Source: Candidatus Binatia bacterium
GTDB lineage: Bacteria > Desulfobacterota > Binatia > Bin18
Reading direction: 5' to 3'
Assembly (NCBI GenBank): GCA_963664395.2
Contig: OY761159.2
Span: forward strand, 3,008,001-3,072,000
DNA: 64,000 nucleotides
Positions 38,106 to 48,856 of the stretch are shown here, piece after piece (the stretch's first letter is position 1; each line of letters begins with the position of its first letter). The notes under the pieces were generated by a model. That model saw only the letters and a list, made by a program, of their open reading frames with translations. It was not told the origin of the DNA and did not search any database. A program made the position numbers and the translations under genes.

Positions 38106-38309
38106 TTAGCGCCGCCCCGCCGCTTTCTTCTTGGCCGCTTTCTTGGCTGGTGCCTTCTTGGCCGGTGCTTTCTTGGCTGGTGCCTTCTTGGCTGGTGCTT
38201 TCTTGGCCGGTGCTTTCTTGGCCGGTGCTTTCTTGGCTGGTGCTTTCTTGGCTGGTGCCTTGGCTGGTGCCTTCTTAGCCGCTTTCTTCACTGTCTTCTT
38301 AGCAGGCAT
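38106..38309 (-). CDS. Histone H1-like Lys/Ala/Pro repeat protein
   Basis: 67 aa of (PAKKA)n encoded by a 15-bp repeat with third-position variation; AAGGAGG RBS and a downstream terminator. Confidence 0.85.
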   Translation of the reverse strand: MPAKKTVKKAAKKAPAKAPAKKAPAKKAPAKKAPAKKAPAKKAPAKKAPAKKAPAKKAAKKKAAGRR

Positions 38310-38442
38310 AGTGACCTCCTTCGTTGTGAGTGTGGGAACCCCTTAGTTCATGGGAACTGTCTCTGTGAGGCAGAGGGTCATTTTTATTATTCTTTATCAG
38401 ATCAGTGCCTCTGCTGCAACAAAAATACACAGGAACCGGATG

Positions 38443-39804
<1,362 letters not shown>

Positions 39805-39820
39805 TCAGTAGAATGCTCTT

Positions 39821-40150
39821 ATGGGGTGGATGGTGGTGCGGTGGATACGAGGGAGGCGGTTCTGGTTCCCAGCAGTTCTTGCGTTGTACGCCTTGCTCAC
39901 ATATGCGGCTGTGCAGAGCGCGCACGGTCCCCTGCATCTCTCCCAGCTGACCGAAGAGCAACGCGCATTGGAAACGCAAGTCCGGACGCTGCTGAGCGAG
40001 AATGCTGATCTCAAGGAACGAATTCGGCGTCTGCATACGGACGATGTCTTTTTGGAGAAAATTGCCCGCGAGGACCTTCTCTTGGTACGTGAACACGAGA
40101 TTGTCTATCGATTCCGTGATCCGGCAAAACCCCCGCAAAGCCCTCGTTAG
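39821..40150 (+). CDS. ftsB: Septum formation initiator FtsB/DivIC
   Basis: A TM helix, a coiled coil and LEKIAREDLLLVREHEIVY. Confidence 0.85.
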   Translation: MGWMVVRWIRGRRFWFPAVLALYALLTYAAVQSAHGPLHLSQLTEEQRALETQVRTLLSENADLKERIRRLHTDDVFLEKIAREDLLLVREHEIVYRFRDPAKPPQSPR

Positions 40151-40168
40151 CCCAGTGAAAGAGTTGCC

Positions 40169-41047
40169 TCAAGAGGTGTCCTTGTCCATCGAACGCAGGC
40201 GCTCCTTCCCTTTCTTCGTACTCTTGCCGGGAGCGTGCCCACCGTGAGTCGAGCCGCTCAGTCCCCGTGCCATGTCTTCTACAATACCGCGCGCGGCCTG
40301 GCGGGGATCTGTGGCATCACGAATAGGTCTGCCAACAACCAGATAATTCGCTCCGGCCTGCATGGCCTGGTGTGGTGTCAGGATTCGTTTTTGATCATGG
40401 GTCGTGCTGCCCTGAGGCCGAACGCCTGGAATGACGAGGGTCAGTTTGTCTCCACAGGCGCGGCGGACTACGGCAATTTCTTGAGGAGAGGCAACCAGAC
40501 CGTCAACACCCGATTGCTGGGCAAGCCGGGCAAGCCGCACGACCTGAGCCGCCGGTCCGGCTCTGACCCCGATCTGCTTGAGGTCGTCTCGGCCCAGGCT
40601 AGTCAGCACGGTGACCGCGAGGAGGGTGGGGCGGGTGAGATGTTCTGCTCGGCACACTGTGCGGACCGCCTTGTGGGCCTGCCGCAACATGTCTGCGCCG
40701 CCGGAGGCGTGCAGGGTGAACATCTTCACCCCAAGACGGGTAGCTTCCACTGAAGCTGAAGCCGCTGTCTGTGGAATGTCATGGAATTTGAGGTCAAGAA
40801 AGACAGTGCCGCCTTTGGCTTGGATGCGGCGGACGACATCCGGCCCGGCGTGCACGAACAGTTGCTTGCCGACCTTGAACAGGCCGACCTCGTCTGCCAG
40901 CAGGGCAACGTAGTGATCAACTTCTTTCAGTGACGCAACATCAAGCGCAAAGATAAGTCGGCTGCGGGCGCGCGACCGGCCCGTTTTCCCGGCGCTACGC
41001 CGTCGTGCCTGCGCGTTGGTTGCCTGGTCGACGGGACGAGGAGCCAT
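40169..41047 (-). CDS. pyrF: Orotidine 5'-phosphate decarboxylase
   Basis: Motifs IFALD, FLDLKFHDIPQT, AVTVLTS, PGVRP and VVGRPI. Confidence 0.97.
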   Translation of the reverse strand: MAPRPVDQATNAQARRRSAGKTGRSRARSRLIFALDVASLKEVDHYVALLADEVGLFKVGKQLFVHAGPDVVRRIQAKGGTVFLDLKFHDIPQTAASASVEATRLGVKMFTLHASGGADMLRQAHKAVRTVCRAEHLTRPTLLAVTVLTSLGRDDLKQIGVRAGPAAQVVRLARLAQQSGVDGLVASPQEIAVVRRACGDKLTLVIPGVRPQGSTTHDQKRILTPHQAMQAGANYLVVGRPIRDATDPRQAARGIVEDMARGLSGSTHGGHAPGKSTKKGKERLRSMDKDTS

Positions 41048-41068
41048 AATGGTGCACGCTCCCCGGAC

Positions 41069-42787
41069 TCAGCCGGTCGCCGGACTTCCGAGCGCATTCC
41101 GGATAGCTTCGACCGCCTGGTCTACCGCCACTTCCGTCATTTCCCCAGCCGCGCGTTGCTTTAATTCGATCACCCCGCGGGCCAAGGACTTTCCACCAAT
41201 AGTGGCCCGGAGGGGAATGCCCAATAAGTCAGCGTCCTTAAATTTCACACCTGGCCGCTCTTCCCGGTCGTCAAATAATACGTCTGTCCCGGCCTGCTGG
41301 AGTTTTGCATAGATGTCTTCCGCCGTATTCCGGGTGGTTTCGTCATTCCAGTTGACCGGCACAATATGGATGTCTGCGGGAGCGAGCGGCTGGGGCCAGA
41401 TAATGCCGGCCGCATCATGGTTTTGTTCAATTGCCGCAGCAACGGTCCGGGTAATGCCAATGCCATAACAGCCCATTTCCATGGGATGCTGTTCGCCGTT
41501 GGCGTCCGAATATGTCGCATTCATGGCGCGGCTGTACTTCGTTCCAAGATAAAACGTCTGACCGACTTCGATGCCGCGATGGTCAGTAAATGTCCCGCTC
41601 TTGCAGCGCGGACACGTATCGCCGGCGGTCGCACGACGCAGGTCGGCGAACTGGAGGGAGGGCAGGTCGCGTGCGATATCAAGCCCGGTCAGATGCAGGT
41701 CGCGCTCGTTTGCGCCACACACCAGACCTTTTGCGCCACACAGCGCATGGTCACTCATAACCTGAGCCTTGATATGGAGTGGTCCGGCAAAACCGGTTGG
41801 TGCGCCGGTCGCCTTTTGGACGGTTTCTTCATCCGCCAGTACGACCCACTGACAGCCGAGCAGGTTTTTCAGCTTGGGCTCACTGACCTCATGGTCTCCC
41901 CGTACGAGGGCGGCAACAACGGTGTCCGTATCGGTCACGTACAGCAAGGTTTTGACGAATCGCTCCGGGGGCTCACCCAGGAAGGCCGAGACTTCTTCGA
42001 TGGTCCGTTGGTCCGGTGTCTCGACTCGGGTGAGAGTCGCTCCGCGCGTGGCCGCCGGAGCCGGCGGGGGGCCAAGCTCAGCTTTTTCCACATTGGCGGC
42101 ATAATCACACGAGTCACAACTGACAAGGGCATCCTCACCGGAATCCGCCAGCACCTGGAACTCATGCGACAGACTGCCCCCGATTGCGCCCGTATCCGCC
42201 TCAACCGGACGGTAGGTGAGCCCGCAACGATCAAAGATGCGCCGGTAGGCGTCGTACATATTGCGGTATTCGCGCTGGCAGTCTTCCAGAGTGGTATGAA
42301 AGGAATAGGCGTCTTTCATGATAAACTCACGGCCGCGCATCAAGCCGAAACGGGGCCGGACTTCATCCCGAAACTTGGTCTGGATCTGATACAGATTGAG
42401 CGGCAGGTCCCGGTACGAGCGGACCTCCCGCCGAACAATGTCGGTCACGACCTCCTCATGGGTCGGACCAAAGCAAAAATCCCGGTCGTGTCGATCTTTG
42501 AGGCGCAGCAGCTCCCTGCCATACACATCCCAGCGCCCGCTTTCCTGCCAGAGTTCAGCCGGACAGATTGCCGGCATGAGGATTTCCTGGGCACCCGCGC
42601 GGTTCATTTCCTCGCGCACGATACCTTCGACTTTACGCACGACGCGCAGCCCAAGCGGCAGAAAGTCATACACGCCGCGCGCCACTTGGCGCATCATGCC
42701 GGCGCGCAGTAAGAGTTTATGGCTGATGACTTCGGCCTCAGCCGGATCTTCACGTAAGGTTGGGATGAATGTTTGGCGATAGCGCAC
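41069..42787 (-). CDS. proS: Prolyl-tRNA synthetase (with INS editing domain)
   Basis: Motifs GPTHEE, QIQTKFRDEVRPRFGLMRGREF, MGCYGIG and GVKFKDADLLG; GTG start assumed. Confidence 0.98.
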   Translation of the reverse strand: MRYRQTFIPTLREDPAEAEVISHKLLLRAGMMRQVARGVYDFLPLGLRVVRKVEGIVREEMNRAGAQEILMPAICPAELWQESGRWDVYGRELLRLKDRHDRDFCFGPTHEEVVTDIVRREVRSYRDLPLNLYQIQTKFRDEVRPRFGLMRGREFIMKDAYSFHTTLEDCQREYRNMYDAYRRIFDRCGLTYRPVEADTGAIGGSLSHEFQVLADSGEDALVSCDSCDYAANVEKAELGPPPAPAATRGATLTRVETPDQRTIEEVSAFLGEPPERFVKTLLYVTDTDTVVAALVRGDHEVSEPKLKNLLGCQWVVLADEETVQKATGAPTGFAGPLHIKAQVMSDHALCGAKGLVCGANERDLHLTGLDIARDLPSLQFADLRRATAGDTCPRCKSGTFTDHRGIEVGQTFYLGTKYSRAMNATYSDANGEQHPMEMGCYGIGITRTVAAAIEQNHDAAGIIWPQPLAPADIHIVPVNWNDETTRNTAEDIYAKLQQAGTDVLFDDREERPGVKFKDADLLGIPLRATIGGKSLARGVIELKQRAAGEMTEVAVDQAVEAIRNALGSPATG

Positions 42788-42799
42788 CCGGACCCCCAA

Positions 42800-42829
42800 T
42801 GAGCAAAATTGAGCAAAGTTGAAAAAGAT
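42800..42829. repeat. Degenerate 10-bp tandem repeat
   Basis: TGAGCAAAAT TGAGCAAAGT TGAAAAAGAT, just upstream of proS. Confidence 0.55.
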
Positions 42830-42960
42830 TTCGGGGTCAATTAGTCAGCGTGAGGGCCAAGTGTCAAGCCGGGCTCAGTCTTGAGCCCCAACCCCTTTCC
42901 TTTCCTCCACCCAAAAACTATAATTCGCCCGCGATACCTTCCTTTTATTAGGAGCACGGC

Positions 42961-44145
42961 GTGGATTTTGATTATTCCCCACAAGAAGAGTCGTTTCGAC
43001 AGGAACTCCGCTCGTGGCTCGAAGCCAACCCAGCGGATAACTACGATCCGGACACCTTTGAGATTATCGATCAGGAAGAGCGCTTTCAGATCAAATTCGA
43101 CTGGCAGAAGAAGCTGCATGGTGAGGGTTGGGTCGGCATTCATTGGCCCAAGGAGTATGGTGGTCGGGGCGCGACTGTTATGGAGCAGACCATCTACCAG
43201 CAAGAGATGGCGCGGGTGCGAGCGCCCGGACTGGCCAATCCGCTGGGCATTTCGCTGGTCGGCCCGACCTTGATGCACTGGGGAACGGAGGAGCAGAAAG
43301 CGCGTTTTGTGCCCAAGATTCTCAGCGCTGACGAACTGTGGTGCCAGGGCTATTCCGAACCGGGTTCCGGCTCGGACCTGGCCTCGCTCCAGACGCGGGC
43401 GGTTGATGCGGGCGATGACTTTGTCGTGAACGGCCAGAAAGTCTGGACGAGTTTTGCCCACAAAGCGGACTACTGCATTCTCGTGGCTCGGACCGACCCT
43501 GACGCACCCAAGCACAAGGGCCTGTCCTATCTATTGGTGGATATGCACTCGCCTGGGGTGACGGTCCGGCCGCTGGTACAAATCTCTGGTGATGCGGAAT
43601 TTAACGAAGTCTTTTTCGAGGATGTCCGGGTGCCCAAAGCCAATCTGGTCGGCGAACGGAATAACGGCTGGCAGGTCGCGATCACCACGCTCATGTTTGA
43701 GCGGGCGAACTTTGGCATGGTGTACAACCTGGAGCCCATGCTGGACAAACTGAAGGCGTGTATCAAAGACCTGGAGGTCAATGGTCAACCGGCAGCCGAC
43801 GATCCGGATGTCCGACAAAAGCTGGCGGCCTTTCATATTGAAATCCAGGCGCTGAAGTTCAACGGCTATCGGCAGCTGACCCAACAGTTACGTGGCAATC
43901 CGCCGGGACCGGAAGGCTCGATCAGTAAGCTGGCCGGGAGTGAACTCTATCTTCGCATAGCGCATTTTGCGATGGAGTTGCTGGGTCCGTACAGTCAGTG
44001 CGCCTTGGGTGAAGCACAGGGCATCGACAATGGTTTTTGGGCGCGCCGCGCGTTAGGCTCTCGCTTGTACACGATTGCGGGCGGGACGTCGGAGATTATG
44101 CGCAACATTGTTGGTGAGCGCGTCCTGCAGTTGCCAAAGGGGTAA
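42961..44145 (+). CDS. Acyl-CoA dehydrogenase (alpha-type subunit)
   Basis: Motifs WCQGYSEPGSGSDLASL, NGQKVWTS, FNEVFF and IAGGTSEIMRN. Confidence 0.95.
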   Translation: MDFDYSPQEESFRQELRSWLEANPADNYDPDTFEIIDQEERFQIKFDWQKKLHGEGWVGIHWPKEYGGRGATVMEQTIYQQEMARVRAPGLANPLGISLVGPTLMHWGTEEQKARFVPKILSADELWCQGYSEPGSGSDLASLQTRAVDAGDDFVVNGQKVWTSFAHKADYCILVARTDPDAPKHKGLSYLLVDMHSPGVTVRPLVQISGDAEFNEVFFEDVRVPKANLVGERNNGWQVAITTLMFERANFGMVYNLEPMLDKLKACIKDLEVNGQPAADDPDVRQKLAAFHIEIQALKFNGYRQLTQQLRGNPPGPEGSISKLAGSELYLRIAHFAMELLGPYSQCALGEAQGIDNGFWARRALGSRLYTIAGGTSEIMRNIVGERVLQLPKG

Positions 44146-44155
44146 AGGGGGAATC

Positions 44156-45295
44156 ATGGATTTTGGTTTTAGTGAAGATCAAGAATTGCTGCGCGACTCA
44201 ACCCGAAAATTCCTGGACGCGGAATGCCCAACCACATTCGTGCGCAAGATGATGGAGGATGACCGCGCCCACGCCACAGAATTCTGGAAAAAAGCGGCAG
44301 AGTTGGGCTGGATGGGTATCCTGATTCCCGAGGAGAACGGTGGGATTGGCGGGAGTTTTCTCGACCTCGTTGTCGTGCTGGAAGAGATGGGCAAGTCTCT
44401 CATGCCCGGGCCGTTTTTGGCGACAGTGCTCCTAGGTGGCACGGCGGTACTGGCCGGCGGGTCAGACGAGCAAAAGGACGCCATTCTTCCCAAGGTCGCG
44501 ACGGGTGAATTATTGATGACCGTGGCCCAAGCCGAAAAGAGCGGACGCTATGACGCCGGTGGCATTCGTATGCCGGCAACGGCTCGGGGCGGTGACTTTG
44601 TCCTGTCCGGGGAAAAACTTTTTGTGCCGGACGCGCATGTCGCCGACCAGATTGTGGTTGCCGCGCGGACCGGCTCACACGCTGCTCCGGAAGACGGCAT
44701 TACCCTCTTTCTTGTCGATGCCAAATCACCAGGGGTCGAGATTACTCAACTGAAAACTGTTGATATGACGCGTCGCCAGTGTCATGTCGCTTTTCAGGAT
44801 GTTGCAGTGGCCGGCGCGCACGTCATCGGCGAAGTGGGCCAAGGCTGGCCGATTCTCAAGCGCGTCCTCGATCAAGCCATCGCCGGGCTGTGTACCGAGA
44901 TGGTCGGGACCGGGCAGCAAGCGCTCGATATGGCAGTCGAGTACGCCAAAGAGCGGGTGCAGTTCGGGAAGCCGATTGGCAGCTTTCAGGCCGTCAAACA
45001 CAAATGTGTGGATATGATGGTCCAGGTCGAAAATGCGCGCTCACTGACCTATTACGCGGCCTGGGCGGTCGATGAAAATGTGGCCGAAGCGTCCCAGGCC
45101 GTGCCTATGGCCAAGGCGTATTGCAGTGACATGTGTAAAACCGTGACGAGTGAGGCGATTCAGGTCCACGGCGGCATCGGGTTTACCTGGGAGCACGATA
45201 TGCACTTGTTTTATCGGCGCGGTCTGGCTTCCGAAGCCGCCTTCGGCAGTGCACCAACGCACCGTGAAGTGGTGGCCCAGACCTTGGATTTATAG
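44156..45295 (+). CDS. Acyl-CoA dehydrogenase (beta-type partner subunit)
   Basis: Motifs RVQFGKPIGSFQAVKH and QVHGGIGFTWEHDMHLF. Confidence 0.93.
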   Translation: MDFGFSEDQELLRDSTRKFLDAECPTTFVRKMMEDDRAHATEFWKKAAELGWMGILIPEENGGIGGSFLDLVVVLEEMGKSLMPGPFLATVLLGGTAVLAGGSDEQKDAILPKVATGELLMTVAQAEKSGRYDAGGIRMPATARGGDFVLSGEKLFVPDAHVADQIVVAARTGSHAAPEDGITLFLVDAKSPGVEITQLKTVDMTRRQCHVAFQDVAVAGAHVIGEVGQGWPILKRVLDQAIAGLCTEMVGTGQQALDMAVEYAKERVQFGKPIGSFQAVKHKCVDMMVQVENARSLTYYAAWAVDENVAEASQAVPMAKAYCSDMCKTVTSEAIQVHGGIGFTWEHDMHLFYRRGLASEAAFGSAPTHREVVAQTLDL

Positions 45296-45317
45296 GGGCG
45301 CGGCTCGCTTTGCCTTG

Positions 45318-45357
45318 TCCCCCTCACCCCGGCCCTCTCCCCCCAGGGGAGAAGGAG
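45318..45357. repeat. Palindromic repeat of the CCCTCACCCCGGCCCTCTCCC type
   Basis: TCCCCCTCACCCCGGCCCTCTCCCCCAGGGGGAGAAGG. Confidence 0.65.
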
Positions 45358-45392
45358 CAGCCCTTTCATAGAGGCATGGCTCGCTCCACCCC

Positions 45393-46307
45393 ATGACTCC
45401 GGCTCTGATCCTCCATGGCGGCGCCGGAGCCGCGATGCCATCAGCACTGCAAGCCGAGCGTCGATCAGGATTGACGGCCGCTTTTGAGGCAGGCTGGGAT
45501 ATTCTTGTTCAGGGCGGGACCGCACTCGATGCGGTTGTGCAAACCACCGTGACCCTCGAAGATCATCCTCTCTTCAACGCCGGCCTTGGCTCGTGTCTGA
45601 CAGAAGACGGGACCGTCGAAGTTGACGCCTCCCTCATGGATGGCTCGACATTTCAGACTGGCGCCGTGGGGGCGGCCAAACATATCAAGAACGCCATCCG
45701 GCTGGCTCGGGCGGTCATGACGGACGGGCGACACGTGTTTCTCGTCGGCCAGGGTGCGGAACGCTTCGCACGCGAGCACGGACTGCCGCAGGCTGCGGCG
45801 GACGAACTGATTACCCCCCGTCAACACCAGCGTTGGCAGGCCCTTCGACTAGGCTCAGGACAGGCGCAACGAACCAACGGCGAACCCGGTACGGTGGGGG
45901 CGGTTGCCTTGGATTCGTCGGGCAGGCTGGCGGCGGCAACCTCAACCGGCGGCGTGTTCGACAAGCGCTCCGGTCGCGTGGGTGACTCCGCCGTCATTGG
46001 AGCCGGGACGTATGCGGACAGCGCACTCGGCGCGTGCTCGGCCACGGGCGATGGCGAGCACATTATTCGGGCGACCCTGGCCCGCACGGCGGTGGAACTG
46101 CTGCACGGCGGGAAAGACCCCGCGCAAGCCGCTCGTACGGCTCTCGCTCGCCTCACCCGCCAGACACAGGGAGAGGCCGGTCTGATTCTGCTCGATCCCT
46201 TTGGCCGGAGCGGCGTTGCGTACACTACGGAATCGATGAGTGTGGCCCTTCGACCCAGCTCAGGACAGGCCCTTCGGGCGGCGGGGCGGCTTGTGGTGCG
46301 GGTGTGA
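45393..46307 (+). CDS. Isoaspartyl peptidase/L-asparaginase (Ntn hydrolase)
   Basis: Motifs LILHGGAG, FNAGLGS, G-TVGAVALD (autocleavage Thr), ATSTGG, GRVGDS and TGDGE. Confidence 0.93.
   Translation: MTPALILHGGAGAAMPSALQAERRSGLTAAFEAGWDILVQGGTALDAVVQTTVTLEDHPLFNAGLGSCLTEDGTVEVDASLMDGSTFQTGAVGAAKHIKNAIRLARAVMTDGRHVFLVGQGAERFAREHGLPQAAADELITPRQHQRWQALRLGSGQAQRTNGEPGTVGAVALDSSGRLAAATSTGGVFDKRSGRVGDSAVIGAGTYADSALGACSATGDGEHIIRATLARTAVELLHGGKDPAQAARTALARLTRQTQGEAGLILLDPFGRSGVAYTTESMSVALRPSSGQALRAAGRLVVRV
45842..45865 (+). repeat. 24-bp in-frame insertion element, copy 1
   Basis: CAGGC-CCTTCGACTAGGCTCAGGA-CAGGC. Confidence 0.75.
46247..46270 (+). repeat. 24-bp in-frame insertion element, copy 2
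   Basis: GGCCCTTCG-ACCCAGCTCAGGACA-GGCCCTTCG. Confidence 0.75.
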
Positions 46308-46382
46308 CAGTGCCCTCCTGACCGCCTCTGGCATTTTCGTTCGCACTAAGGATAAGATGCTCCGTCGCACGGGATGAACCAA

Positions 46383-46428
46383 GAAGAACTCGGAAGAACT
46401 CGGAAGAACTCGGAAGAACTCGGAAGAA
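46383..46428. repeat. 10-bp tandem repeat (GAAGAACTCG) x4.6
   Basis: Perfect copies immediately before the RBS of the TPP enzyme. Confidence 0.92.
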
Positions 46429-46443
46429 AGAGGAGTAGAATCT

Positions 46444-48078
46444 ATGGCAAAAGTTGATGGTAATTCATTGGTTGTCAAATCGCTCAAAGACGAGGGCGTG
46501 GATACTGTTTTCTACATCACTGGCGGACCGATGGTCGATGTGGCCTCCAAATGTATTGAGATTGGTTTCAACTCGGTCGATGTGCGCCACGAGCAGGGGG
46601 CTTCCATGGCGGCCCACGCCTATAGTCGGGTGCTGGGCAAGCCGGGGGTGTGCTTTGCCGCCTCCGGTCCTGGCGTCACGAATCTGATCACCGGTGTGGG
46701 CAATGCCTATCTGGACGCCGTTCCGGTCGTTGCCCTGGGCGGAGCGAGTGCCATTTCCCAGGCCGGCATGGGCGCGTTCCAGGAGATGGATCAGGTCGGC
46801 ATGTTCAAGCCGATCACCAAAATGTCCGAGCGGGTCCAAGACGCGCGGCGCATTCCGGAAATTATTAATAAAGCCTTTCGCGTGGCCACCAGCGGCCAGC
46901 CGGGTCCGGTCTATGTCGATCTGCCGGGCGATGTGCTCTACCGGGTGATTGAAGAAGAAGAGGCGGCGTTTCCCAAGCGGCGCCATCAGGTCCCGCGGGT
47001 GGCTGGCGATCCGGCCTTCATCAAGGAGGCGGTGGCCCTGCTGAAGGGCGCTGAGCGGCCCCTGGTGATTACCGGCACCGGCATCATGTGGTCGGGTGCG
47101 ATGCAGGAACTCCAGGAGTTTGTCGAAACGACCGGCATCCCTTTTTACACCACCCCCCAGGGGCGGGGCGTCATTCCTGAGGATCATGCCCTGAGCTTTC
47201 TGGGCGCGCGCAACCGGGCCTGGAAAGAAGCCGATGTGGTGCTGGTTGTCGGTACGCGCTTCAATTTCATTCTGGGTTTTGGGCAGGCGCCGCGTTTTGC
47301 GGAAGATGTCAAGATGATTCAGGTCGATATCGCGGACGAAGAGATCGGCCGCAACCGCGCGGTTGATGTCGGTATCATGGGTGACGCCAAGGTGGTCTTA
47401 CGCCAACTGATCGACGAGGCCAGCGACTCTTTCAAAGGGCGGGACGAACTGGCCTGGATCGATACGCTGCGCGCTTATGACAAACGCTCTCAGGAAAAGA
47501 TGGAAGCCATCATGAACGCGGACACCTCGCCTATGCACCCCCTCCGGTTGTGTAAAGAGGTCCGGGACTTTATGGACCGCGACGCCATTATTGTCGTTGA
47601 CGGTCATGAGATTCTCAATTTTGCGCGCCAATCGGTGCCGACCAACGCTCCCGGCCACCGGGTCAACGCCGGCCCGAACGGCTGCATGGGCGTGGCCGTG
47701 CCGTTTGGACTCGGGGCAAAAGTAGCCAAACCGGACACGCAGGTCATTGTCCTCAGCGGGGACGGTTCGTTTGGTATGAACGGCATGGAAATCGACACTA
47801 TGGTACGCAAGAACATCCCGGCCATTATCGTGATTAGTAATAATGGCGGCTGGGCCGGCGCGGGGGTGATGACCGCCGGACGCGACCTGGGCTTCAGCCG
47901 GTATGATGAGATGGCCAAGGTTTTTGGTGCGCACGGCGAGTTTGTTGAAAGGCCGGAAGACATTCGGCCGGCACTCGAACGCGCGGTTGCCTCGGGCAAG
48001 CCGGCGGTTGTCAATGTGGTGACCGATCCCACTGCACGCTCTTCGACGCAGTCGTTTGCCGCCTACCGGGCGATTTAA
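46444..48078 (+). CDS. TPP-dependent enzyme (2-hydroxyacyl-CoA lyase/oxalyl-CoA decarboxylase-like)
   Basis: Motifs RHEQGA, SGPGVTN, GAFQEMDQ and GDGSFG...NNG. Confidence 0.88.
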   Translation: MAKVDGNSLVVKSLKDEGVDTVFYITGGPMVDVASKCIEIGFNSVDVRHEQGASMAAHAYSRVLGKPGVCFAASGPGVTNLITGVGNAYLDAVPVVALGGASAISQAGMGAFQEMDQVGMFKPITKMSERVQDARRIPEIINKAFRVATSGQPGPVYVDLPGDVLYRVIEEEEAAFPKRRHQVPRVAGDPAFIKEAVALLKGAERPLVITGTGIMWSGAMQELQEFVETTGIPFYTTPQGRGVIPEDHALSFLGARNRAWKEADVVLVVGTRFNFILGFGQAPRFAEDVKMIQVDIADEEIGRNRAVDVGIMGDAKVVLRQLIDEASDSFKGRDELAWIDTLRAYDKRSQEKMEAIMNADTSPMHPLRLCKEVRDFMDRDAIIVVDGHEILNFARQSVPTNAPGHRVNAGPNGCMGVAVPFGLGAKVAKPDTQVIVLSGDGSFGMNGMEIDTMVRKNIPAIIVISNNGGWAGAGVMTAGRDLGFSRYDEMAKVFGAHGEFVERPEDIRPALERAVASGKPAVVNVVTDPTARSSTQSFAAYRAI

Positions 48079-48145
48079 CCCTTGGGACACGGGCAGGCTG
48101 CTCAGACCTGCCCGTGTCTGTCATCCCTCCGGGACACGTCCGAGC

Positions 48146-48724
48146 ATGTCCACCATCGAAGAAATCCTGACACTCTGGTTTGGTGAAGTCCAAGACGAGC
48201 AGTCATATTTTGAAGAGCGCTCGAAGCTCTGGTTTGCTCAGAATTTGGAATTCGACCGGGAGATTGTCCAACGTTTCCAAGCCGACTATGAGCTGGCCGC
48301 CCAAGGCCAACTCACCCGCTGGACGGAGACAGCGCGGGGCGGGTTAGCGCTTATCCTTGTCCTGGATCAGTTTCCACGCAATATGTTCCGGAACGACCCG
48401 CGCGCCTTTGCGACCGATCAAGTGGCCCAAGGAGTGGCGGAAGACATGATCGCCGCAGGGTTTGACCGGCAGTTGCGTTCGGTCGAGCGCTATTTTGTAT
48501 ATATTCCGTTTATGCACAGCGAACGGCGAGAACATCAGCAGCGCTCCGTGACGCTCTTTCAGCAGCTTGCCGAACAGCGCGCCTATTTTGATACCTCCTA
48601 TGCGGTGAGACATCAGCAGGTGATAGCCCGTTTCGGTCGATTTCCCCACCGCAACAGCGTCCTGGGCCGGGTTTCGACTCCGGCTGAGTTGGCGTTTCTC
48701 AAGCAGCCCGGCTCCTCATTCTAG
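48146..48724 (+). CDS. DUF924-family protein
   Basis: Motifs LDQFPRNMFR, PFMHSE and RFGRFPHRN. Confidence 0.92.
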   Translation: MSTIEEILTLWFGEVQDEQSYFEERSKLWFAQNLEFDREIVQRFQADYELAAQGQLTRWTETARGGLALILVLDQFPRNMFRNDPRAFATDQVAQGVAEDMIAAGFDRQLRSVERYFVYIPFMHSERREHQQRSVTLFQQLAEQRAYFDTSYAVRHQQVIARFGRFPHRNSVLGRVSTPAELAFLKQPGSSF

Positions 48725-48856
48725 GCCGCTGCTTTCTTCGGCTACTCTGCTGGGCATGGGGTGTAGCCTTTTCTCCGAAGGGTGGATATTCTGCCCCCCT
48801 CGCAGCGTGAATCATACGCCGTAGCTATAAATGGTCATCGTGAGGAGTTGAAACGC

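Noticed and set aside
41366-42712. 448-aa antisense ORF
   Set aside because: Shadow of proS.
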